Part shown: positions 55,136-63,284 of the stretch, piece by piece | How the letters are laid out: the number at the start of each line of letters is the position of its first letter | Numbering within the stretch: the stretch's first letter is position 1 | Assembly (NCBI GenBank): GCA_963590075.1 | Contig: CAVANK010000008.1 | Span: 390 to 64,389 of the forward strand | Direction: 5' to 3' | DNA from: Eshraghiella crossota | Lineage (GTDB): Bacteria > Bacillota > Clostridia > Christensenellales > CAG-917 | DNA: 64,000 bases | Made by a program: the position numbers and the translations under genes | Notes under the pieces: model-generated | The model's input: the letters and a program-made list of their open reading frames with translations, nothing else | Databases searched by the model: none | What the model was told of the DNA's origin: nothing

Positions 55136-56810
55136 AAGAATGGACGGTACAAGATTTGAAAGAATGGTCAGAAGTGGCCTCGCAAATTTGTGTATCCACG
55201 AAAAAGAAATAAACGATATGAACGTGTTTCCCGTTCCGGACGGCGACACGGGGCATAATATGCGCCTCACGCTCGAAAACGGAATAAACAACGCGCAATC
55301 CGAAAAACATCTCGGCAAATATCTGAAAAGTTTGAGCCACGGGATGTTGCTCGGCGCGCGCGGAAATTCCGGCGTTATACTTTCGCAATTGTTCAGCGGT
55401 ATGGCGGACGAGCTCGAAAGCGACAGTTATATCAATGCGGGCGAATTGAGGGACGCGTTGATAAGAGCGTATAAGAAGGCTTACTCTGTCGTCGCTCGTC
55501 CCGTCGAAGGGACTATTCTCACCGTTGCGAGAGAGGGCGTCGAACATATTATTCCTCAAATAAGAAGAGGTACAACGGTTGAACTGACTTTCTCGATGTA
55601 TCTTGCCGAAATGAAAAAATCGGTGCGCAATACTCCCGAAATGCTCGCGGTGTTAAAGGAGTCCGGAGTGCTCGATAGCGGTGCGGTGGGATATATAACG
55701 ATTTTTGACGGAATGGTCAGAGCAATGAACGGGGAAGATATACAAGCGTCGGAGGATGTGCAAATGAATACGTCGGGGAATTTAAGTGCGACCGATACTT
55801 CCGGCTTCGATGAAAACAGCCAATTCCGATTTGGCTACTGTACGGAGTTTTTATTGCAACTGCTCAATGCAAAGACGTGCAACAATCCGTTTTCTTTGTC
55901 GAAGTTCAAAGACGAACTCGGCAAACTCGGCAACTCGCTGGTGGCAATTCAGTCGGGAACTATCGTAAAAATACACGTACATACGTTTACGCCTGCAGAC
56001 GTCATCGCTCTTGCGCAAAAATACGGAGAATTTGTGTCTTTCAAACTTGAGAACATGCAGATTCAACACAACGAATTTTCCGCAGATGCAAGCGTGCAAA
56101 AGAGCGCTGTTGCCGCAGACGTCGACGCCGTAACGGATGTCAAAGAACTGGCGGTTGTTGCCGTAGCGGACGGTGACGGTATCAGCGATATATTGAAAGG
56201 TTGCGGTTGCGATATGGTGCTTGCGGGCGGACAAACCATGAATACCGCCGTGCAGGAATTTGTTTCGGCATACAAGACGCTCGATGCAAAGAGAATCGTA
56301 GTGTTGCCAAACAATTCAAATATAGTTCAATCTGCCGTTCAGGCTGCCGAGGTGTGCGGAATGAGCGATAAGATAACCGTTATCCCGACAAGTTCCGTTA
56401 TCGAAGGGTATTACGCGTTGGCTATGGGTTCTGTGGATATCGAAGACGTCGAAGAGCGCATATCGTTGATGAAAGACGGTGCGCAAAGTATAACTACCGT
56501 AAGCGTGGCAAAAGCGGTAAAGAATTATTCTGCAAGCGATTTTTCCTGCGGGAAAGGCGATTATATCGGCTTTGTAGGCAAGAAACTTATATCGGCAAAC
56601 GCAGATATAAACACTGCTCTCGTCGACGCTTTGAAACAGGTTGACGATTTGGAAGATAAGGGTTCTTTCGTTGTTCTAATCGGCGCAAACGCACCCGAAA
56701 ATGCCGAAAACGATATTCGCGAATTGCTTGAAAACGAGTTTGAAGATATAGGCACCGACGTTCTTTACGGCGGTCAACAGGTCTATGACGTAATCGTGGG
56801 GGTGGTTTGA
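55128..56810 (+). CDS. DAK2-domain protein of the YloV/FakA (fatty acid kinase) type
   Basis: Start at ATG 55128, overlapping the transporter stop. N-terminal Dak2 motif NVFPVPDGDTGHNM and a roughly 560-aa three-domain length. Two genes downstream of the DegV gene, with the transporter gene between them. Confidence 0.8.
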   Translation: MSERMDGTRFERMVRSGLANLCIHEKEINDMNVFPVPDGDTGHNMRLTLENGINNAQSEKHLGKYLKSLSHGMLLGARGNSGVILSQLFSGMADELESDSYINAGELRDALIRAYKKAYSVVARPVEGTILTVAREGVEHIIPQIRRGTTVELTFSMYLAEMKKSVRNTPEMLAVLKESGVLDSGAVGYITIFDGMVRAMNGEDIQASEDVQMNTSGNLSATDTSGFDENSQFRFGYCTEFLLQLLNAKTCNNPFSLSKFKDELGKLGNSLVAIQSGTIVKIHVHTFTPADVIALAQKYGEFVSFKLENMQIQHNEFSADASVQKSAVAADVDAVTDVKELAVVAVADGDGISDILKGCGCDMVLAGGQTMNTAVQEFVSAYKTLDAKRIVVLPNNSNIVQSAVQAAEVCGMSDKITVIPTSSVIEGYYALAMGSVDIEDVEERISLMKDGAQSITTVSVAKAVKNYSASDFSCGKGDYIGFVGKKLISANADINTALVDALKQVDDLEDKGSFVVLIGANAPENAENDIRELLENEFEDIGTDVLYGGQQVYDVIVGVV

Positions 56811-56814
56811 TCCT

Positions 56815-57774
56815 ATGATAGCACTTTACGTTATTGTCGGAATAATCGGAGCCACACTGTTGCTATACATTTTGCCGATGCTGTTTTTGGCGCATCTGCT
56901 TTTTTCCATATTGCTTGTGCGTACAAAACCGAGCAAGTGGTCGCGCAATTGCAGTTGGGACGACGAAGAGCAGAAAAGAATGTTCGCCATAGGCGAGGAA
57001 TGGGGCGCGACTCACGAGCAATACCACAGACAAGTTTCAATCGTAAGCGACAAATATAAACTTGTCGGCGAATATTTCGATTTCGGTTACGACAAGGCGG
57101 TGATTATCGTCCCCGGCAGAATGGAAACCTGTGTTTATTCCTATTATTTTGCAAAGCCCTATGAAGAAACGGGATATAATGTGTTGGCTATCGACAACAG
57201 ATCTCACGGTTTGTCGCAGGGAAGATATAATACGGTCGGGATGAAAGAATATGCGGACATAATCAACTGGGCAAGTTTTTTGCATGATTCATGCGGAATA
57301 AAGAAGATTATGTTCCATGGCATTTGCATAGGATCGGCAACCGTTCTCAATGCGTTTACTTTCGTTCAGCCGCCCGAATACTATCAGGGATTGGTCGCGG
57401 ACGGAATGTATTTGCACTTCGGAAACATGCTTGAGAAGCGAATTAAAGAAAGACACCACAATCCGCACCCAATGACGGAAATCGTTATGTCGATGATAAA
57501 ATGCGTGTCGGGAAAAAATCCCGCAAAGAACGGACCTATTCACAATATCGACAAAATGAAAAAGCCGATGCTGTTTTTATATAGCAAAAAAGACGTGTAT
57601 TCGGATCCCGCCGAAGTGCAGAGTTTATACGATAAGTGCGGTGGCGAGAAGCAGATAGTTTGGTTTGACGAGGGTATACACTCTCATATCAGAATAAACA
57701 ATACGGAAAAGTACGACAATACCATAAAAGCGTTTATAAGCGATTATATGAAAGATATAAATGATAAAGGATAA
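56815..57774 (+). CDS. Membrane-anchored alpha/beta hydrolase paralog with Cys in the nucleophile elbow
   Basis: Same layout as the 51750 gene, but the elbow reads HGICIGS (57319..57333) where the paralog has YGISMGA. Confidence 0.7.
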   Translation: MIALYVIVGIIGATLLLYILPMLFLAHLLFSILLVRTKPSKWSRNCSWDDEEQKRMFAIGEEWGATHEQYHRQVSIVSDKYKLVGEYFDFGYDKAVIIVPGRMETCVYSYYFAKPYEETGYNVLAIDNRSHGLSQGRYNTVGMKEYADIINWASFLHDSCGIKKIMFHGICIGSATVLNAFTFVQPPEYYQGLVADGMYLHFGNMLEKRIKERHHNPHPMTEIVMSMIKCVSGKNPAKNGPIHNIDKMKKPMLFLYSKKDVYSDPAEVQSLYDKCGGEKQIVWFDEGIHSHIRINNTEKYDNTIKAFISDYMKDINDKG

Positions 57775-57785
57775 AGGAGAAAATT

Positions 57786-58904
57786 ATGGGATTGGATAAG
57801 TTGTTTTCGGGCAAGAACAAGGTTACAAACATGATTGACAACGTAAGCCGAAAACACAAAATCGCCAAAGCCGTGGTCACCCTTACCGGGATGAGTATGG
57901 CGAGCGTTGTCGGTGCTATGGCTTTGTACGATTCGTTCTTTCAGCGGTACAATCGCCCCGATTATTCGTTGAAACCGGGCATCTATTGCTATGAGAGAGC
58001 AAAAGATGTTGTTGAAAGAGAAGAGTTTTTCTTTCCCGCAAACGACGTAAATTTGAAAGGATATTATTATCCTGCGCAAAATTCGTCGGGACTCGTCGTC
58101 GTTTCTCACGGCTTGCATGCGGGCGCGGACGATTATCTGCCAATAATAATTTATATGGTACAAAACGGTTTTTCCGTGTTTGCGTATGACGGGAGAGGTA
58201 CGTATGATTCCGAGGGTTCGTCAACGGTCGGACTGTGTCAGGCACTCGTTGATCTCGATTGCGCTTTGGGCTATATCCAAAAAACCGACAAATACAAAGA
58301 TATGCCGTTGTTTCTGATAGGGCACTCTTGTGGCGGATATGCGGCGACGTCCGTTTTGAGCCTTAAGAAGAATATCAAGGCATGTGCCGCAATCGCACCT
58401 CCAAACAATTGCTATACGCTCATAAGAGAGAAAGGCTATCAATACGGAGGTATGCTTGCTTCGGAGGGTTTGCCGAGAATATTCCTCGATGCGTATCAGT
58501 TCATCCTGTTTGGCGATTATACGGAATGTAACGGCGTAAAAGGCATCAATTCCGTCGATATTCCCGTGCTTGTCGCGCACGGCGTGGACGATAAGATTAT
58601 TTCGTTTGGCGGACAATCCGTCATTTCGCACAAAAACGAAATCACCAATCCCAACGTGAGATATTATATCGGCACCAACGATAGCGGAGGACATGACAGT
58701 ATTTGGCATTCCTCTTCCGCCGCAGAGTATAAAAAGGATGTCGAAAAGAGTATAGCGCAACTAAAAGAGCAAAAAGGCGACGACCTCAGCGATGAAGAAC
58801 TCGCCGAGTTTTATAAGACAATAGACCATCAAAAATACAGCGAAATAAACTTTGCCTTGTTTGACGAGATTATCTCGATGTATAAAGATGCGTTGAATAA
58901 ATAA
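57786..58904 (+). CDS. Alpha/beta hydrolase (secreted or membrane-anchored)
   Basis: AAAGGAG RBS, N-terminal hydrophobic segment, GHSCGG elbow, HGVDDKII region and a late His. Confidence 0.75.
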   Translation: MGLDKLFSGKNKVTNMIDNVSRKHKIAKAVVTLTGMSMASVVGAMALYDSFFQRYNRPDYSLKPGIYCYERAKDVVEREEFFFPANDVNLKGYYYPAQNSSGLVVVSHGLHAGADDYLPIIIYMVQNGFSVFAYDGRGTYDSEGSSTVGLCQALVDLDCALGYIQKTDKYKDMPLFLIGHSCGGYAATSVLSLKKNIKACAAIAPPNNCYTLIREKGYQYGGMLASEGLPRIFLDAYQFILFGDYTECNGVKGINSVDIPVLVAHGVDDKIISFGGQSVISHKNEITNPNVRYYIGTNDSGGHDSIWHSSSAAEYKKDVEKSIAQLKEQKGDDLSDEELAEFYKTIDHQKYSEINFALFDEIISMYKDALNK

Positions 58905-58920
58905 TTAACGGAGGGGTATT

Positions 58921-59418
58921 ATGCCGTATTGCAGAAAGTGTGGAAAAGAAATCGAACAAGACACGGGTTTGTGCGAAGATTGCAGAAATAGGGAACTTAT
59001 TTTTGAAGAATACGAACAAGAACCCGTCGCAATTGACGAAGCGAATAAGTTTGAAGAAGCGAATAAGTTTGAAACGGAGCAACCTGCGCAAAGTAGCGGA
59101 AGGATGTTCGGCTTCGGCAAAGCGCTCGCATCTGCTATCGTCGGAGTTGTATCCGTCGCATTTGCTTATATAGCGACGGCTCTTGCCTTGCTCGGCGAAG
59201 AAGGCGTGGCGGGTTGCGCGGTTTGCCTGACGTTTTCAATCGTAGGCGCAATAGTGAGTTTGACTTTTGGTATTATATCTATAAAGACGTTTATCCAAAA
59301 GAAAAACGAAGGCGAAATTAAGCCGATCGCGACGCTCGTATGCGGAATCGTGGGGTGCGCAATGACGGCAACGGCAGGAGTGTGGTGGCTTTATTGCCTC
59401 GCAAGGATGGTGTATTGA
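58921..59418 (+). CDS. Zinc-ribbon membrane protein
   Basis: N-terminal CRKC-12 aa-CEDC ribbon, an acidic linker containing an 18-nt tandem duplication, then 3-4 TM segments. GGAGGGG RBS. Last gene of the co-oriented block. Confidence 0.6.
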   Translation: MPYCRKCGKEIEQDTGLCEDCRNRELIFEEYEQEPVAIDEANKFEEANKFETEQPAQSSGRMFGFGKALASAIVGVVSVAFAYIATALALLGEEGVAGCAVCLTFSIVGAIVSLTFGIISIKTFIQKKNEGEIKPIATLVCGIVGCAMTATAGVWWLYCLARMVY

Positions 59419-59505
59419 TAGTTTCTATCCAAAGCGTTTTAGGGAAAACGCTGAAAATGAAATTGTCTGTATGAATAAAGCGAAATTTGTGAATATATGC
59501 GGTGT

Positions 59506-59799
59506 TTATTCTCCAAACATCGATACGTAAATATCGTAGGCGTCGTTGAGAGATTTGACGGGAACGTAGAGCATCAGCGAGTCGTTGGCTCTCGTTGCAA
59601 GACTAAAACCGCAAGGCACGGCAAAAACGTCGATGTTTTGAGATCTCAACGCCTCGATAAACATCGTCGCAAAATGGTTGTCGGACATTTTATAAAAGAA
59701 AGAAACGTCGTCGTCTTTGGCTGTGCGCAAATCGGTGTTCCCGCAACGCGCGCACACTTTTTCCGCATTGGCGATTTTGCATTTTTCGCAATAAAACAT
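59506..59799 (-). CDS. Hypothetical small zinc-ribbon protein
   Basis: MFYCEKCKIANAEKVCARCG gives CxxC-9 aa-CxxC. ATG 59799 (GGGAG RBS) is preferred over the TTG at 59814. Function unknown. Confidence 0.5.
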   Translation of the reverse strand: MFYCEKCKIANAEKVCARCGNTDLRTAKDDDVSFFYKMSDNHFATMFIEALRSQNIDVFAVPCGFSLATRANDSLMLYVPVKSLNDAYDIYVSMFGE

Positions 59800-59889
59800 A
59801 TTTTGTTCTCCCAAACTGCTTTTTGATTATCATATCACAAAAGTTGCGATATATCAATGGGGCAATGAGAATAACAAAAAATAGAAGTT

Positions 59890-59916
59890 AGCGTGTTGAA
59901 AAACACGCTTTATTTT
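59890..59916 (+). terminator. Orphan terminator-like hairpin
   Basis: AGCGTGTT / AACACGCT stem with a GAAA loop, then TTTATTTT. Lies in a divergent intergenic region with no upstream + strand gene to terminate. Confidence 0.35.
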
Positions 59917-59936
59917 CCTCGATTAGTTTGTATCGA

Positions 59937-59965
59937 TTGATTTTTTGCGGCAAGAAGACTATAAT
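59937..59965 (+). promoter_or_regulatory. Candidate sigma-A promoter of the ArsB/NhaD-type transporter gene
   Basis: TTGATT, 17 nt, TATAAT, followed by a hairpin-rich leader of about 120 nt. Confidence 0.5.
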
Positions 59966-60088
59966 CTGCAAGCGTACGGACAATGTTATTGCAGATAACG
60001 ACTTTTGTAAAAATTTGCGAATAAATCGTACAAAAGCATTAAAAGCAAAGCACATAAATGCAAGCGTAAGGATACAAGGATACGAAAG

Positions 60089-61423
60089 ATGATTGCGTCG
60101 ATAGTTCTCGGGGCGGTGGCGGTCGTAGGGACGATTGCCTCCATAATATTTTTGCCGGAAGTGAATGTTAAGGATAGGCGAGTGCCTATATTTTGGCTAC
60201 CCGCTTTTGCGTGCGCAATCGTACTTTTGAGCATTGGCGCGTTGCCCATCAAGGACGCGATGCAAGGGCTTGCGGGGGATATGCTTTCGATGTTCGAGGG
60301 CAGAGTGAGCGTCAATCCCGTCAAGATACTTTTGCTGTTTTTCGGTATGACTGCGATATCCGTATTTTTGGACGAGGCGGGCGTGTTTCGCTACCTTGCG
60401 ACCAAGTCCGCAAAGCTTGCGGGAAGCAGTCAAAAGAAACTGTTTTTCATACTGTACGCGGTGGTATCGATTTTGACGGTTTTCACCTCAAACGATATCA
60501 TTATCCTCACGTTTACGCCGTTTATCTGCTATTTTTGCAAAAACGCCAAGATTTCGCCTATTCCGTATTTGGTGTCGGAATTCGTTGCCGCCAACACTTT
60601 TTCGATGATATTTATCATAGGCAATCCCACCAATATTTACCTTGCGGAAAACTACGGAATCACCTTCGGAAGGTACTTTGAAGTTATGGCTTTGCCGACG
60701 ATTTTGGGCGGATTTACCGCACTGGGAGTGCTGTATCTCATATTCAAAAACAAACTGAAAGAGGCAATCGAAGTCGGCGATTTTCAAGACGCGACGATAG
60801 AGAAAAAACCGCTTGCGATATTCGGCGCAAGCGTGCTGGGCGTATGTCTCGTATTGTTGGTGATATCCGATTATATAGGCGTTGAAATGTGGGCGTTTGC
60901 GGTGCTTGCACTGGTGGTGCTCGTCGTGGGGTGTCTTATAATTTGCGCAGTGAAAAAGGAAAAACCGATTGAACTCGGACGCACTTTTGCGCGCCTTCCG
61001 TACGAGCTTATTCCGTTCGTGGTGTCTATGTTTATAATCGTGCTTGCGCTCAAACGCAACGGCGTTGCGGACGAGATCGCAAACGTATTTGCAAAGGCGG
61101 GGAGCAACTTTGACATCTTGACGTACGGCGTGTCGTCAACGCTTGCTGCAAACCTTATAAACAACATTCCGATGAGCGTGCTCTATTCCGTCATCACACA
61201 AAACGCCTCGCCGTTTGCGGTGTACGCGTCCGTAGTCGGCTCGAATATCGGTGCGTTTTTGACGCCCGTAGGCGCGCTTGCGGGCATAATGTTTACGGGG
61301 CTTTTGAAGTCGCTTGACGTCAAGTTTTCTTTTTTGGATTTTTCAAAGCACGGCGTAACGGTTGCAATCCCCACGCTTTTTGCCACGCTTGCGGGACTTT
61401 ATATAATGCAAGCAATTATGTGA
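60089..61423 (+). CDS. ArsB/NhaD-superfamily anion permease
   Basis: 444 aa, more than 10 TM segments. Duplicated signature segments IIGNPTNIYL and LINNIPMSVL, as in ArsB/NhaD/CitMHS-type permeases. Confidence 0.65.
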   Translation: MIASIVLGAVAVVGTIASIIFLPEVNVKDRRVPIFWLPAFACAIVLLSIGALPIKDAMQGLAGDMLSMFEGRVSVNPVKILLLFFGMTAISVFLDEAGVFRYLATKSAKLAGSSQKKLFFILYAVVSILTVFTSNDIIILTFTPFICYFCKNAKISPIPYLVSEFVAANTFSMIFIIGNPTNIYLAENYGITFGRYFEVMALPTILGGFTALGVLYLIFKNKLKEAIEVGDFQDATIEKKPLAIFGASVLGVCLVLLVISDYIGVEMWAFAVLALVVLVVGCLIICAVKKEKPIELGRTFARLPYELIPFVVSMFIIVLALKRNGVADEIANVFAKAGSNFDILTYGVSSTLAANLINNIPMSVLYSVITQNASPFAVYASVVGSNIGAFLTPVGALAGIMFTGLLKSLDVKFSFLDFSKHGVTVAIPTLFATLAGLYIMQAIM

Positions 61424-61444
61424 AAAAGCGCAAGCATATCGGGG

Positions 61445-61535
61445 AGTGATATTGCGACTTTGTCGCAGTGATATTCTCGCTATGCGAGAGTGATATTTTT
61501 GGCTTGTGCCAAAAGTGATATTCGCACTTCGTGCG
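61445..61535 (+). repeat. Array of 4 AGTGATATT motifs alternating with 4 different short hairpins (3' UTR of the permease gene)
   Basis: AGTGATATT at 61445, 61467, 61489 and 61514. Intervening hairpins are GCGA-CTTTG-TCGC, CTCGC-TAT-GCGAG, TTTGGC-TTGT-GCCAAA and CGCAC-TTC-GTGCG. Confidence 0.8.
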
Positions 61536-61558
61536 AGTTGTGGAGTATTCTATAAATC

Positions 61559-61591
61559 AAAAAAAACACTGTCCGTTCTGGCAGTGTTTTG
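61559..61591. terminator. Bidirectional rho-independent terminator
   Basis: A-run, AAAACACTG / CAGTGTTTT stem with a 10-nt loop, then a T-run. Sits between the convergent permease and sdaA genes. Confidence 0.8.
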
Positions 61592-61612
61592 TATTATCGT
61601 TTGATTGATTAT

Positions 61613-62848
61613 TTATTTTCTCTTCAAGTGTTTGGAGTGGCGGAGGCGGGAGTGGCGATAACTTTTTGCAAGTCCGCCGCCTGACGTTTCGCGATAGCGC
61701 ACGTTGATGTCTTTGCCCGTTTGGTACATAGTTTCCACCACGGCGTCAAAGGAGATTTGGCGTGAGTTGGTGAGGAAGTTGGCAAGCGACACGGCGTTGA
61801 TTGCGCGCATTGCCGCAACTGCGTTGCGCTCTATACAAGGTATTTGCACAAGACCTTCGACGGGATCGCAAGTGAGTCCGAGATGGTGCTCCATTGCAAC
61901 TTCTGCGGAGTACTCGATTTGGTCAAAGTCCATTCCGAAAAGTTGCGCAAGTGACGCCGCCGCCATAGAACACGCCGTACCGCATTCCGCTTGGCAACCG
62001 CATTCCGCACCGCTTATTGAAGCGTTGGTCTTGACGATGTTGCCTATGATACCCGCTGTGCAAAGCGCGTCGATTATATCGTCGTTGGTGAATGAGTGTG
62101 TCTCTTGCTCGTAGCGAAGCACTGCGGGCACGATACCGCACGAACCGCACGTCGGGGCGGTTACGATGATTTCGCCCGCGGCGTTTTGCTCGCTCACGGC
62201 AAAGGCGTACGCGCATACGAGACGGTTTTCTTTGGTCTGCGGAGTTTCGTCAATGTGGCGTTGTTGATAGAGAATTTTGGCTCTGCGCTCTGTGTTGAGA
62301 CCGCCGGGAAGCACACCGCTTGCTTTGAGACCTTGTTTAATGGCGTTTTTCATCGCTTCCCAAATCTCTGCAAGGTAGGTACGTATCTCAGCGCCCTCAA
62401 AGCGTTCTACGTATTGAGGAATGGTAATTTCCTCATTGTCGCAATATTCGCGGATTTGCTCGAAAGTATGGTGAGGATATACGTCCTCCGGCTCTATCGA
62501 ACTTTCACCCTCGACCTCGATTGCACCGCCACCCACGCTGTAAACGCGCCACGAGTCTATGACTTTGCCGTTTAAGTCGTATGCAAACAAGTCCATAGTA
62601 TTGGGGTGCGGGAGGTGAGTGTTTTCAAAATCGAAAACGACGTCCACGGGCTTGGTAAACGTCTTTTTGAGTACGACGTCCGTGCCGTGACCTTTTCCGG
62701 TCTTTGCCAAAGAACCGTAAAGCACGGCCTTGAAAGAAAGCGCGTTTTTGTTGCGCTCGGAAAAGAGTTTCGCGGCTTTTTCGGGGCCCATAGTGTGGGA
62801 ACTCGACGGTCCGCGTCCGATTTTGTACAATTCGGTGAGGCTTTTCAT
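61613..62848 (-). CDS. sdaA: L-serine dehydratase, iron-sulfur dependent, single-chain form
   Basis: N-terminus MKSLTELYKIGRGPSSSHTMGP. Cys cluster region (APTCGSCGIVPA) and GAECGCQAECG. Confidence 0.85.
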   Translation of the reverse strand: MKSLTELYKIGRGPSSSHTMGPEKAAKLFSERNKNALSFKAVLYGSLAKTGKGHGTDVVLKKTFTKPVDVVFDFENTHLPHPNTMDLFAYDLNGKVIDSWRVYSVGGGAIEVEGESSIEPEDVYPHHTFEQIREYCDNEEITIPQYVERFEGAEIRTYLAEIWEAMKNAIKQGLKASGVLPGGLNTERRAKILYQQRHIDETPQTKENRLVCAYAFAVSEQNAAGEIIVTAPTCGSCGIVPAVLRYEQETHSFTNDDIIDALCTAGIIGNIVKTNASISGAECGCQAECGTACSMAAASLAQLFGMDFDQIEYSAEVAMEHHLGLTCDPVEGLVQIPCIERNAVAAMRAINAVSLANFLTNSRQISFDAVVETMYQTGKDINVRYRETSGGGLAKSYRHSRLRHSKHLKRK

Positions 62849-63284
62849 TGGTTACTCCTTATATCGAGGGTATTATAGCACAACTTGCGTTTTTATCAAC
62901 GCTTTGAGAGCGATAAAGGCGCATAAAATCGCAAAATATTTTTGCGCATACCCCTCAACGATTTGCCAAGCGTATAAAAAGTGTGCTAATATATCACAGT
63001 TTTAAGAGCAAAAATCGTCGCTGTGGCAACGGCAACACGCAAGTGTGCGCATTGCCTTAGCCACGCTGGATTTATTGCTCTTACTAACCGCGCAACCGAT
63101 ACACGCTATCGGTTCAAGCACGGGCAAAAACTCATACCACAGTTTCGCTATATCGCTTGCTTGGTGGGGCGCACTTCGTGCTTGTAATGTCATCGGTAGA
63201 AATGCAATTCGGGATTGTTCAAATATATTAGTGCAAAATAGTGGCAACATACATACGAAAAAATCATCGAAAGAAGGTTCGATT

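Noticed and set aside
61445-61535. The AGTGATATT array considered as a mini-CRISPR
   Set aside because: The repeats are 9 nt and the spacers are 13-16 nt self-complementary hairpins, far outside CRISPR dimensions. No cas genes are present.
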